Below, in pieces: positions 10,501 through 18,153 of a stretch of DNA of 38,606 bases (position 1 is its first letter; every line of letters begins with the position of its first letter). Source of the stretch: Candidatus Limnocylindria bacterium (GTDB taxonomy: Bacteria; Chloroflexota; Limnocylindria; QHBO01). The stretch covers positions 1 to 38,606 of the forward strand of contig JBKKBV010000035.1 in the NCBI GenBank assembly GCA_046713375.1, given 5' to 3'. Under the pieces are notes generated by a model, which did no database searches, was not told where the DNA came from, and saw nothing but the letters and a program-made list of their open reading frames with translations. Both the position numbers and the translations under genes were made by a program.

Positions 10501-11130
10501 CCGGATCTGTGCCGATACACCTCGGAGACGTTTTACGACGGCCGCCTGCAGCCGGAACCCAATCTCGAGCGCCAGGCGATCCACGCATCGGGCGTGGCGG
10601 GCGGCACCGGGCCTCGCTGGTTCCCCGTTACGCATCGCGGCAACGACAACGAGTCCGAGGAGGAGGCCGCAGTGATTGCGGCGCTGGCACGGTCGCTGAT
10701 CGAGGGGGGCGCGACGTGGGTCGATCCCGAGGGAGCCGAACTGCCGATCGGCTGGGACGAGATCGTCATCGTCGCGCCATACAACGCTCAGGTGGGCGCC
10801 ATCCAGCGCCTCCTCCCGCACGCTCGAGTCGGTACGGTCGACAAGTTCCAGGGGCAGGAGGCGCCGATCTCGATCTACTCGATGGCCGCCTCGAGCGGCG
10901 AGGAAGCGCCGCGGGGAATGGACTTCCTGTACAGCGGCCATCGGCTGAACGTCGCGACGTCACGAGCTCGCTGCGTCGCCATAGTGGTCGCCTCTCCGGA
11001 TCTTCCACGGGTTGGCGCGCGGACGGTCGAGCAGATGCGCCTCGCGAACGCGTTGTGCCGTTTTGTTGAGGTCACGGGTCTGCGGGCCACGCTGCCATCC
11101 ACTCCGACTCCGAGCGCTATCGCTACGTAG
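7570..11130 (+). CDS. Fused RecB/Cas4-like Fe-S nuclease (TM0106-type), RNase H-like domain and SF1 (DNA2/Upf1-like) helicase
   Basis: 1186 aa. The N-terminus has one Cys (FLACEHL) plus CDVCRWTVEC (C-x2-C-x5-C, nt 8263-8292) flanking the GHADFLL and YEVADTK nuclease motifs. The middle has LFFDIEGDP, an RNase H-like exonuclease-fold signature. The C-terminus has Walker A GPPGSGKT (about nt 9948-9972), Walker B VLFVDEAGQ, then GDPQQL, VDKFQGQE and NVATSRAR. Confidence 0.92.
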   Translation: MQLIDGSPVYSATDLVGFLACEHLTQLERAALAGLAERPHLPDPELDVLRKRGAQHEERYLADLAADGRSVVTITPDAYSSDHAEGLRMAAAATVEAMASGAQVIYQAAFFNGRWRGHADFLLRRESPDRPSVYGPFHYEVADTKLARHVKAGAVLQVCSYVDQLTALQGIQPEWLHVALGGSAHETVRLRVDDFMAYYRAAKQRFEETVGPEARPAAYPPDGTYPDPVEHCDVCRWTVECQARRRADDHLSLVAGIGRQQRRGLVDRGVTTLARLGTLPLPLVPPLDGSTERTLERVREQARIQLEGRVAGTVRYELLLPEGGQLREAERGLASLPLPSAGDLFFDIEGDPYAFEDGLEYLFGVMEDDGRWHAIWSTDAEGGFTFAGEKAAFEALMDLFTAHLDRFPDGHIYHFHSYEPSALKHLMGKHATREMEVDRLLRGGVMVDLHRIVRQALRASVESYGLKKLEPLYGYEREVDLRDAGSSIVAFEQWLELGEGERPEADHLTRIERYNRDDVISTRELRDWLEARRSELAQRTRADVGRPAPRDASPAEEQAVELDRVAKLEARLTVDVPADPGERSHRQQASWLLAQLLSWHRREDKATWWQFYRLLALNASQLIEETDPIGGLEPVEPLDEQDPKGRQVWRYRFPAQEYRVSVHDAVYDPGKTQLKPNAKFGEWAIGSVRAIDHAARTIDIRRVAADPHSASLVALGIVGTVQQRLRLYEIGEWVADHGIDADGRYRAARDLLLRSAPRAGQAAGDELRQPNESQLAAARRLALQLGHATLPIQGPPGSGKTYTGARMIISLLGAGKRVGITANSHKVIGNLIKEVLAAAARDDVPVRPLQKADKEQKHPDERVALAKDAAHAAKALATGEANLVAGTVWLWASPHMADAVDVLFVDEAGQMSLANVIAASPAATSIVLLGDPQQLDQVIQGSHPPGAERSALAHLLNGAATISPADGLFLATTWRLHPDLCRYTSETFYDGRLQPEPNLERQAIHASGVAGGTGPRWFPVTHRGNDNESEEEAAVIAALARSLIEGGATWVDPEGAELPIGWDEIVIVAPYNAQVGAIQRLLPHARVGTVDKFQGQEAPISIYSMAASSGEEAPRGMDFLYSGHRLNVATSRARCVAIVVASPDLPRVGARTVEQMRLANALCRFVEVTGLRATLPSTPTPSAIAT

Positions 11131-11710
11131 CGACCTGTGCAAAGGAGCGCACAAACCGCTCCTGGTCAGCGCTCTCGACCGCGGTGGGGTGCCGCACTAC
11201 TCGAACGGTCGCAATGGCAGCGTCGGGCGTCATTCCGCCCTCCAGCAGGGCGCAGGCAGCAACCGTCCCGGTACGACCGACGCCGCCCATGCACGCTACC
11301 GCCACGTTGCCGGACGCGCGCCCATCGCGGATCTCGTCGAGCATGCTCTGCATCTCGGCATTGGACTCGGGCGGTTGCCCGTCCGGAATCGGGTGCCGGA
11401 GCACGGTGACACCGGCCGCTTGCCCCCGCTCGACGATCCCTGGGTCACTCCAGTGGCGCAGCTCCGCGTCCTCCACCAGCAGGATCAGCCGCCGCACGCC
11501 GGCCTCCCGTAGCAATGCGAAGTCGTGGTCCAGGTCGCGCTGGTAGACGCGGCCCGGATAGCGAAATGAGGTTCCCCGCTTGCCGGGCAGGATGGTGAGG
11601 CCAAGGCGACCCGGCAGGGTGTCGCCCAACTGCACCGGCTCGAGCCAGTCGATCGGCAGCTCGGGGTCGAAGCCCGCGTGGTCGGCGCTCTGGCCCCCCA
11701 CCCCGGGCAT
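11123..11710 (-). CDS. Cys-based protein phosphatase (PTP/dual-specificity-like, CX5R)
   Basis: 195 aa with the P-loop VACMGGVGRTGT (C-x5-R) and an upstream acidic loop. Its start overlaps the stop of the DUF3090 gene by 1 nt (TGATG at 11708-11712). Its 3' end overlaps the convergent helicase gene by 8 nt. Confidence 0.82.
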   Translation of the reverse strand: MPGVGGQSADHAGFDPELPIDWLEPVQLGDTLPGRLGLTILPGKRGTSFRYPGRVYQRDLDHDFALLREAGVRRLILLVEDAELRHWSDPGIVERGQAAGVTVLRHPIPDGQPPESNAEMQSMLDEIRDGRASGNVAVACMGGVGRTGTVAACALLEGGMTPDAAIATVRVVRHPTAVESADQERFVRSFAQVAT

Positions 11711-12243
11711 CAGTTCAGGATCGTCTTCGGGCAGAAATGGCCCGTCGGTTCCAGCGGCTGTCCACAGAAGGGACAGGCTGGCCGCCCGGCCGCGAGCAGC
11801 GAGGCGGCGCGGCGAACGAAGTCGCGCGCGCGAGCGAGCTCGACCCGCACCCGAAACAGGTCGGGGCTGGGCGGCGCTTGCTCAGGCATTTCGCCGGTAG
11901 CGGCATCCACCGCGAGCGGCTGCGCCTCGATCACGATCTGGGCGGCTGTGGCATCCCAGGCCAGCGCCATGGCACCAACCCGGAACAGCTCCACCGTCGG
12001 CTCTTCGAGCGGCCTGTCATCGCGCGCCACCGCGGCGGGAAGCTCGCCCGAGAGCCCCTCGACGCTGTCCAGCAGTTCGGACATCCGGCCGGCGAGGGCC
12101 GCGACCTGCGTCTTCTCCAGCCCGATGCTGACGAGCGCACCGCCCTGGCGGGCCTGGAGGTAGAACGTCCTCGCACCGGGCTCGCCGATCACGCCGGCAA
12201 CGAACCGGTCAGGGGTGTCGAAGTCGAACACGCGTCGGGCCAT
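11710..12243 (-). CDS. DUF3090 family protein (TIGR03847-like)
   Basis: I start it at the internal ATG (complement of 12241-12243). The product reads MARRVFDFDTPDRFVAGVIGEPGARTFYLQARQG..LEKTQV..FRVRV....CPFCGQPLEPTGHFCP, which fits my memory of DUF3090. The upstream 43 codons of the tracked ORF look non-coding. Confidence 0.82.
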   Translation of the reverse strand: MARRVFDFDTPDRFVAGVIGEPGARTFYLQARQGGALVSIGLEKTQVAALAGRMSELLDSVEGLSGELPAAVARDDRPLEEPTVELFRVGAMALAWDATAAQIVIEAQPLAVDAATGEMPEQAPPSPDLFRVRVELARARDFVRRAASLLAAGRPACPFCGQPLEPTGHFCPKTILN

Positions 12244-12288
12244 TGCGCCAATCGTATCTGGAATCGCGTCGCTACAGTTGAGCCCGAC

Positions 12289-12885
12289 ATGAGCAGCCGC
12301 TCTGGTGGCTCGCGGTTCAGCCTTCGGCAGGCGCGTCCGTCGCAGGCACGACCGATGGCGGCCGAGCGGCACTCAGGACCAGGCCCTCGCGCGCAGACCT
12401 GGCTTGCATGGGCAGCCGCCGCGCTGGGTGTGGGTGTAGTGGCATTCCTGGTTGGTCGTGCCGGCTCGGAGACGGGGCTCCCGTCACCCACTCCCATGCC
12501 GAGTGCCGCGGCTCCCCTGCCGATCATGTACGGAACCGCCCTGGACCCTGCCAGCGGGGAGGCGACCCATCCGGCTGATCGCTTCCGTGACGGCGACCCT
12601 CTCGCTTACTCAGTGCGCATGCCGGCCGCGCCCGGAGTGAACACTATCGTGGTCGAGGTCATCCGCCTCAATGCCGATGGCACAGAGACGGTCGCGCAGC
12701 CGCAGTCGCGGGGAGAGCAGGGAATCGTGGCGACATCGCGCGTCTTCGCCTTCCAGGTACAGACGAGCACACTCCTGGAGGCGTGGGGTCCGGGCGATTA
12801 CGCGATGCGGATCTACCTGCCCGGTGAGGTCGAACCATTCGCGGCAGGGCGCTTCACGCTGGTCGAAACACCGGCGGTGTCCTGA
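12289..12885 (+). CDS. Membrane-anchored hypothetical protein (single N-terminal TM, beta-rich ectodomain)
   Basis: Only the 3' part of tracked ORF 11737-12885 is plausible, because the 5' part is antisense to the DUF3090 gene. In-frame ATGs lie at 12289 and 12355. The TM helix is WLAWAAAALGVGVVAFLVG. I recognise no family. Confidence 0.6.
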   Translation: MSSRSGGSRFSLRQARPSQARPMAAERHSGPGPRAQTWLAWAAAALGVGVVAFLVGRAGSETGLPSPTPMPSAAAPLPIMYGTALDPASGEATHPADRFRDGDPLAYSVRMPAAPGVNTIVVEVIRLNADGTETVAQPQSRGEQGIVATSRVFAFQVQTSTLLEAWGPGDYAMRIYLPGEVEPFAAGRFTLVETPAVS

Positions 12886-12899
12886 TTTCGCCGGGCATT

Positions 12900-12930
12900 G
12901 GGATCGGAGCTGTGCCCGATCTCCGATCCC
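12900..12930. terminator. Perfect 10-bp-stem hairpin between convergent genes, a putative terminator
   Basis: GGGATCGGAG (12900-12909), an 11-nt loop, then CTCCGATCCC (12921-12930). It starts 15 nt after the stop of the 12289-12885 gene. No U-tract follows, which is common in high-GC genomes. Confidence 0.4.
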
Positions 12931-13036
12931 GATTCCCCCGGCTCAGAGCTGGTCACGCGCCGGCATTGCACCTGGCGGGTACCCAGACCAACTCCTTGGT
13001 GGCAGCCTAACTGCACCGGACTACCCATGTCAACCG

Positions 13037-14335
13037 CTATTTGACCGAGAGTGCCTCCCTGGTCAACTCGTAGGCTCCCCGATGATCGCCCAGCGTCGCG
13101 CGCAGCTCGGCCCACTCGCGCAGCACCTCGCGAGTCCGTCCGGCTGAGTGCCCCGCACGAGCCAGCATGGCCGCCTCGTCATAGCGCACCTCAGCCCCCT
13201 CTGCGTCGTCGTTGGCACGCAGTGCGCGAGCTTCGGTAAGCATCGCAGTGAGCTCGACTCCGCGATTGCCGGTGGCCCGTGCCATCTCGATCGCTCGCCG
13301 TGCTGTCACCGCCGCATCATCGAGGCGGCCCTGGGCCAGGGCCACCTGCGCATCGGTATCGAGCACCGCGCACAGGAAGCGGTCGTCACCAACCTCCTCG
13401 AACGCGGCGCGAGCTTCATCGGCGAGCTCTGCGGCACGCTCGATGTTGCCGCTGGACAGGTACGCCAGCGCCAGCGTGTTCTCGATCTGAGCCGACTCGA
13501 ATACCGCGCCCGCCGACCGGAGCAGCGCGAGTCCCTGGGTCCCGGTCCGGATCGCTGCCTCCAGGTCGCCGGTCTCCTGGTAGCTGATCGCGAGGTTGAA
13601 GAGGAACATCGCGCGTCGCCGGTCGTCGAGATCCTCGGCCAGGCCACGGGCGGTCTCAAGGTGCGTCAGCGACCGGGCGTAGTCGCCACTGCGGGACGCC
13701 ACGGCAGCGAGCGACATCAACAGGCGCATCTCGAAGTCAGGCTCGACCTTCAGGCCGGCCCGCACTCGCTCGAGGAGCGAGGAGAGGAGGCTCTGCGCAT
13801 CCGCCTCCTGATCCGAGAGGTAGAGCCCATACGCCAGCCAGTAGCGTGCCAGCGCCTCGTCCGAGATACGTCCCAGTGAGCTGAAGATGCGAGCCGCCTC
13901 TGCAGCGGCGGTGACGGCGTCCTTCCCCTTATCCAGGCGCGCCAGCGCCTCTGCCCGCCCGCGAAGGACCTCGGCGCGACCTAGGTCATCGAGCGGGATG
14001 TCGAGGAGCGACGCGTAGCCGTCGGCCGCGGCCTGCCAATCTCCGGAGGCCAGCGTCATGTCGACCGCCAGCCGGCTCCAGGTCGGATTCTGCTCGTCCA
14101 GGAAGTGGCTCGGCGGAAGCGAGAGCCGCTCCGCCAGGTAGCTGAGCGCGACCATCGAGGGGCGCGCGATCCCGGTCTCTAGCGCGCTCACGTAGGCCTT
14201 CGTGTACCGCTCGCCCGCCAGCTGTTGCTGTGTCAGCCCGCTCCGCTTGCGGGCGTCCCGGATGCGTGCGCCGATCTGCTGGGCGAGTGCGCTGTCGTGC
14301 GCAGTGCTCTGAGCGGGCAGGCGGGTACGCGGCAT
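13037..14335 (-). CDS. XRE-family helix-turn-helix transcriptional regulator with a C-terminal TPR-like repeat domain
   Basis: The N-terminus IGARIRDARKRSGLTQQQLAGERYTKAYVSALETGIARPSMVALSYLAERLSL is a classic HTH_XRE. The remaining ~330 aa are repetitive helical A/L/E/R-rich TPR-like sequence. The first ATG is at 14335. The tracked ORF starts at a TTG at 14362. Confidence 0.85.
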   Translation of the reverse strand: MPRTRLPAQSTAHDSALAQQIGARIRDARKRSGLTQQQLAGERYTKAYVSALETGIARPSMVALSYLAERLSLPPSHFLDEQNPTWSRLAVDMTLASGDWQAAADGYASLLDIPLDDLGRAEVLRGRAEALARLDKGKDAVTAAAEAARIFSSLGRISDEALARYWLAYGLYLSDQEADAQSLLSSLLERVRAGLKVEPDFEMRLLMSLAAVASRSGDYARSLTHLETARGLAEDLDDRRRAMFLFNLAISYQETGDLEAAIRTGTQGLALLRSAGAVFESAQIENTLALAYLSSGNIERAAELADEARAAFEEVGDDRFLCAVLDTDAQVALAQGRLDDAAVTARRAIEMARATGNRGVELTAMLTEARALRANDDAEGAEVRYDEAAMLARAGHSAGRTREVLREWAELRATLGDHRGAYELTREALSVK

Positions 14336-14644
14336 TGAGGTGGAGTATACGGGGCTTGGCAAGTCCCATTTGACTTTCCGGTCCCTCGGAAGTACTGCCC
14401 GCCCCCCGGCACGCAGGTACCGATGGGTGATTGAAGAGGCGACCTCCGGGTACGAACGTTTCCCTGCGGCTACGTCTCATGCGAGACGGTCGCTTGAGGG
14501 AGACGCAGATGCGCAACGCACACACCGGCGGCGGCTGGCCCAGCTAGGGCTGCGTCGCCCCTTCCACCGTTCGCAATTCGCCGCGGGCGGCTCCGTTCCT
14601 GCGACTCCCAGGCGCGGCGCTCCACCCGCGGCTTCTTCGTGCCG

Positions 14645-17290
14645 TCAGAGCGGCGGCAGCTTCTGTCGCTCGCTCAGCGCTGGAGCAAAGAGGTCGCCCA
14701 CAGCCGCGATTCGCTCGGGCAGGGAGCTGACCGTCCAGCGGTCGGGTGCGAGCTTGGGATCGTCGAGCTCGTCCCACGTGATCGGCGTCGAGACGGGAGC
14801 TCCCGTTGATGGACGAGCCGAATAGGGCGCCACCAGCGTCCGGTTGATCGCGTTCTGGGTGAAGTCGAGCCGAGCTCGGCCGCCACGATCGCGCTTCGAC
14901 CACTCCCAGCTGACGAGCTCGGGGACCATCTGCCCCACCGCCCTCGACAGCTGCTCCACCCAGCCACGGGTCTGCTCGAAGGTGTAGGCGGGCTCAATCG
15001 GCAGCCAGATCTGAACGCCGCGCTTGCCACTCACCTTTGGAAGGCCGATGACGCCCAGGTGCCCGAGCGCGGTCCGATACAGGCGCGCCAGGACGAGGAT
15101 CTCCTCGAAGGTCGTCTCGGTTCCGGGGTCGATGTCGATGAGCGCGAAGGTTGGGCGGTCAGGCGCCTTCGTGCGGGAGGTCCACGGGTGCAGCTCGATC
15201 GCACCCTCCTGCGCGAGCCAGGCGAGCGTCGCCACTCGATCGACCACCACGTAGTCCTTGGCCCGCTCGCTGCCCGTGTACGTCCAGCGTGCGATCCAGC
15301 TGGGCGCATGGCCGGGCAGATCCTTTTGCCAGAAGCCGGCCTTGCCGATCCCGTCGGGGAAGCGCTGGAGGTTGAGGCCGCGACCCGCCAGGTGCGGCAC
15401 CAGGATCGGCCCGACCGAGACGTAATGGCGAAGGAGGTCACGCTTTGTGAGAGCCGGATGCCCCTCCGCAGCCGGGAAAAGGACCTTGCCGAGGTTCGTC
15501 ACCCGCACCTCGTGGCCGGCAACCTGCCAGGTGCCGTCGCGATCCATGGCATCGAGAGCCGAGAGTTCCTCAGCAGTCGCCTCCATCACCGCGGTGTTCA
15601 AGTGATCTGACCTCTTGCTATGCGCTGCGGGCGCGCGGGCCGCGACCCGCGCCGCGGGCATCGCTTCCTCGCGAACGACCGCGGCAGGCTCCTTCCCCAC
15701 CTCGATCCCCTTGAATGCCGTCTGGCGCAACAGTCCATCGGATGTCCATTCTGCGAATTCCGCGCGAATAACGATGCGGGGTTCTACCCAACGCGCGGTC
15801 GGCAGCCGCGGCACCGGATCCAGCGGTGATTCGTCACGCCACAGCGGTTCCATCGCGTCGAGCAGGCGCCGACGCATGGTGGTCGCAATGCCGCTGCCAA
15901 CCTGGCCCGCGTGCCGCAGGCGACCATCGGCGTTGACGGCGACGATGAGCGATCCAAGGTCGGCATGGCTTCCCTTGCCGGGCAGCCACCCGACCACGAC
16001 CAGCTCCTGTTCGCGCCGGAGCTTGATCTTCAGCCAGTCGCGCGATCGCTTGCCCGGTTCATAGTGGCTAGCGCGTCGTTTGGCGACCACTCCCTCGAGG
16101 CCGCGGTCCGCGGCGGCCCGGACGAACGCCTCCCCCTCCCCCACCACGTGGGCCGCGTAGCGAACCAGCGGATGCGGCCGGATGACTCGATGCAGGAGAC
16201 GCTTCCGCTCCTCGAGCGGCACATCGAACAGGGAACGGCCGTCGAGGTGGAGCAGGTCAAAGACCATGTAGGCGAGCGGGATCGCCTTGCGCTCGTCCGC
16301 GGTCAGCCGCGGCCCGTCCGGCGAGCGCCGCCCGGTGGCCGCCTCCAGGCCACGAAGCCCGGTTCGATCCTGGAGCAGCGAGAAATCGGGACGTCCGTCG
16401 GGATCGAAGGCCACGACCTCGCCATCCACCACCGCCTCCCGCGCCACGATCCAGTCGGTGGCGGCGGCTAGGTCGGGGAAGTACGTGGCAGCGTCGATGC
16501 GATTGCGGGTCCAGATCCGAACGCCCTTTCCCTGCACCACCGCCTCGACCCGATAACCATCCCACTTGATCTCGTACAGCCAGTCCGGATCGTCAAACGC
16601 GCCCTCGGTCAGGGTGGCGAGCATCGGCTTCACGAAGTCGGGAAGGGTGGCGGGGCGCGCGGCGGAGAGTTCCGGCTCTACGCTGGGCGGCGACGCAAGG
16701 GCGTGGGGCGCAATCCCCGCGGCCACTTCGTCATTGGTCCGGCCGGACTTCACACTGGAGAGGTGCTCGTCGGCATCCCAACCGGCCACCGCGTCGTCGT
16801 CGCGCTTGTGGATCAGCAGCCATTGGCCCGGCTCTGACTTGCGGCCGAAGGCGTCGCGCTTCCCGCCCGTCTGGATGATCGTGTAGCGGCCACGCAGCCG
16901 CTGCCCGTTCAGCCGAAATTTGAGCTCGCCGGCGAGCAGGGCCGCGGCCAGATCGTCGGTCTCCTCCGGAGTGAAGGTCCCCCAGTCCCACACGATCATG
17001 TCGCCCGCGCCGTATTGGCCCGCGGGGATCGTCCCCTCGAAGTCGAGATATTCGATCGGGTGGTCCTCGGTCCGCATCGCCATGCGGCGCTGGTCGGGGT
17101 CCAGCGTCGGACCGCGCGGGACCGCCCAACTTACGAGCACGCCAGCGATCTCCAGGCGGAGGTCGTAGTGCAGGCGGGTCGCCCGATGGCGCTGCACCAC
17201 GAAGCGCCCGCTTCCCTCCCCAACTGAACCTGGCTCGGGCTCGGGGGTGCGCGAAAAGTCGCGCTTGGACCGATACGTCTCGAGCGGCAT
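14645..17290 (-). CDS. ligD: Multidomain ATP-dependent DNA ligase D (phosphoesterase, ligase and polymerase/primase domains)
   Basis: I start it at MPLETYRSKRDF (ATG, complement of 17288-17290). The PE domain has FVVQRHRATRLHYDLRLE. The ligase motif I is YEIKWDGYR. The C-terminal LigD-Pol domain has IDIDPG..PKVSGKRGVQIWLPI. Product length is 881 aa. Confidence 0.93.
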   Translation of the reverse strand: MPLETYRSKRDFSRTPEPEPGSVGEGSGRFVVQRHRATRLHYDLRLEIAGVLVSWAVPRGPTLDPDQRRMAMRTEDHPIEYLDFEGTIPAGQYGAGDMIVWDWGTFTPEETDDLAAALLAGELKFRLNGQRLRGRYTIIQTGGKRDAFGRKSEPGQWLLIHKRDDDAVAGWDADEHLSSVKSGRTNDEVAAGIAPHALASPPSVEPELSAARPATLPDFVKPMLATLTEGAFDDPDWLYEIKWDGYRVEAVVQGKGVRIWTRNRIDAATYFPDLAAATDWIVAREAVVDGEVVAFDPDGRPDFSLLQDRTGLRGLEAATGRRSPDGPRLTADERKAIPLAYMVFDLLHLDGRSLFDVPLEERKRLLHRVIRPHPLVRYAAHVVGEGEAFVRAAADRGLEGVVAKRRASHYEPGKRSRDWLKIKLRREQELVVVGWLPGKGSHADLGSLIVAVNADGRLRHAGQVGSGIATTMRRRLLDAMEPLWRDESPLDPVPRLPTARWVEPRIVIRAEFAEWTSDGLLRQTAFKGIEVGKEPAAVVREEAMPAARVAARAPAAHSKRSDHLNTAVMEATAEELSALDAMDRDGTWQVAGHEVRVTNLGKVLFPAAEGHPALTKRDLLRHYVSVGPILVPHLAGRGLNLQRFPDGIGKAGFWQKDLPGHAPSWIARWTYTGSERAKDYVVVDRVATLAWLAQEGAIELHPWTSRTKAPDRPTFALIDIDPGTETTFEEILVLARLYRTALGHLGVIGLPKVSGKRGVQIWLPIEPAYTFEQTRGWVEQLSRAVGQMVPELVSWEWSKRDRGGRARLDFTQNAINRTLVAPYSARPSTGAPVSTPITWDELDDPKLAPDRWTVSSLPERIAAVGDLFAPALSERQKLPPL

Positions 17291-17399
17291 TCGGTATCTA
17301 CGATAGCCGCGATGCCCGGCCGCAGCCGGCCTGAGGGCGGTACCCGGGGGTACCTTGGGGCCATTCCCGCTCACCGCCGGGCGCCCGACACTGGCCCGC

Positions 17400-18146
17400 A
17401 TGAGAGCCGAAGCAACGGCACGCAACGCGTATCCGCGGCATGCCATACGCGTGGCCGACCTCCTGCTGGAGATGACTCCCGCGCTGGACGAGCTGGCCGG
17501 ACAGGAGCCGGGTCACGCGGTTCGCAGCTGCCACCTGGCGATGCGCCTGGCCGAGGCGATGGGCATCGCCGATCGAGATCGGCTTGGACTCTTCTACGCC
17601 GCGCTGATGCACGATGCCGGCAGCGTCTCAGACGTTGACCCTCGCTCCGCGCGCCCGGCCATGATGCGCCGCCTGATGCCCGTCGCCCGCGGCACGGACG
17701 AGGAACACCTCGCGGCTGAGCACTTGCGGGTTCGCCGCGGAGCGCAGTTCGCAACGCGAGCGGGATTCGGTCCCGAGGTCGCCGTCACAGTGATGGCGCT
17801 CCACGAGCATTGGGACGGCCGTGGCCTGCCGATGGGGCTGGCTGGCGAGGCGATCCCACTCTTCGCTCGCATCGTGGCCCTCGCCGACGGGCTCGAAATT
17901 GCGGTCGCCCAGGAGGGGAACGCAGCGGCCGTCACGACCATCCACGCCCGCTCCGGAACCTGGTATGACCCAGAGGTCGCATCGGTCCTGTTGGCGCTGT
18001 GTGCCAATGGGCTCCTCCGCGAGCTCGAGGCCGACGACCTCGATTCGGTCGTCCGGGACCTGGAACCGAACTGGCTGGTGCGTCTCGCCGATATGGAGGA
18101 TGCCGAGCGCATCCGAAACGCCCTGACGATATCCGGGGCGGCCTGA
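17400..18146 (+). CDS. HD-GYP-like (HD superfamily) domain protein with a degenerate GYP motif
   Basis: It carries ALMHDAGS (the HD motif) and LHEHWDGRGLPMGLAGEAIPLFARIVALADGLE. The latter matches the HHExWDGxGYPxGLxGxxIP..RI..ADxxD signature of HD-GYP, with GLP in place of GYP. The first ATG is at 17400. The tracked ORF begins at a TTG at 17355. Confidence 0.8.
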   Translation: MRAEATARNAYPRHAIRVADLLLEMTPALDELAGQEPGHAVRSCHLAMRLAEAMGIADRDRLGLFYAALMHDAGSVSDVDPRSARPAMMRRLMPVARGTDEEHLAAEHLRVRRGAQFATRAGFGPEVAVTVMALHEHWDGRGLPMGLAGEAIPLFARIVALADGLEIAVAQEGNAAAVTTIHARSGTWYDPEVASVLLALCANGLLRELEADDLDSVVRDLEPNWLVRLADMEDAERIRNALTISGAA

Positions 18147-18153
18147 CTGCCCG

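Noticed and set aside
7546-10941. A 1131-aa ORF on the minus strand spanning almost the whole helicase locus
   Set aside because: It is antisense to a gene with unmistakable nuclease and helicase motifs. Its product is Arg/Gly/Pro/Asp-rich low-information sequence, typical of open antisense frames in high-GC DNA. I found no motifs in it.
14363-14644. A 280-nt gap between ligD and the XRE-TPR regulator gene, considered as a riboswitch or sRNA locus
   Set aside because: There are only short, weak hairpins (for example CTTCCG..CGGAAG), and I recognise no conserved RNA motif. It is most simply the regulator's promoter/leader and the ligD 3' UTR.
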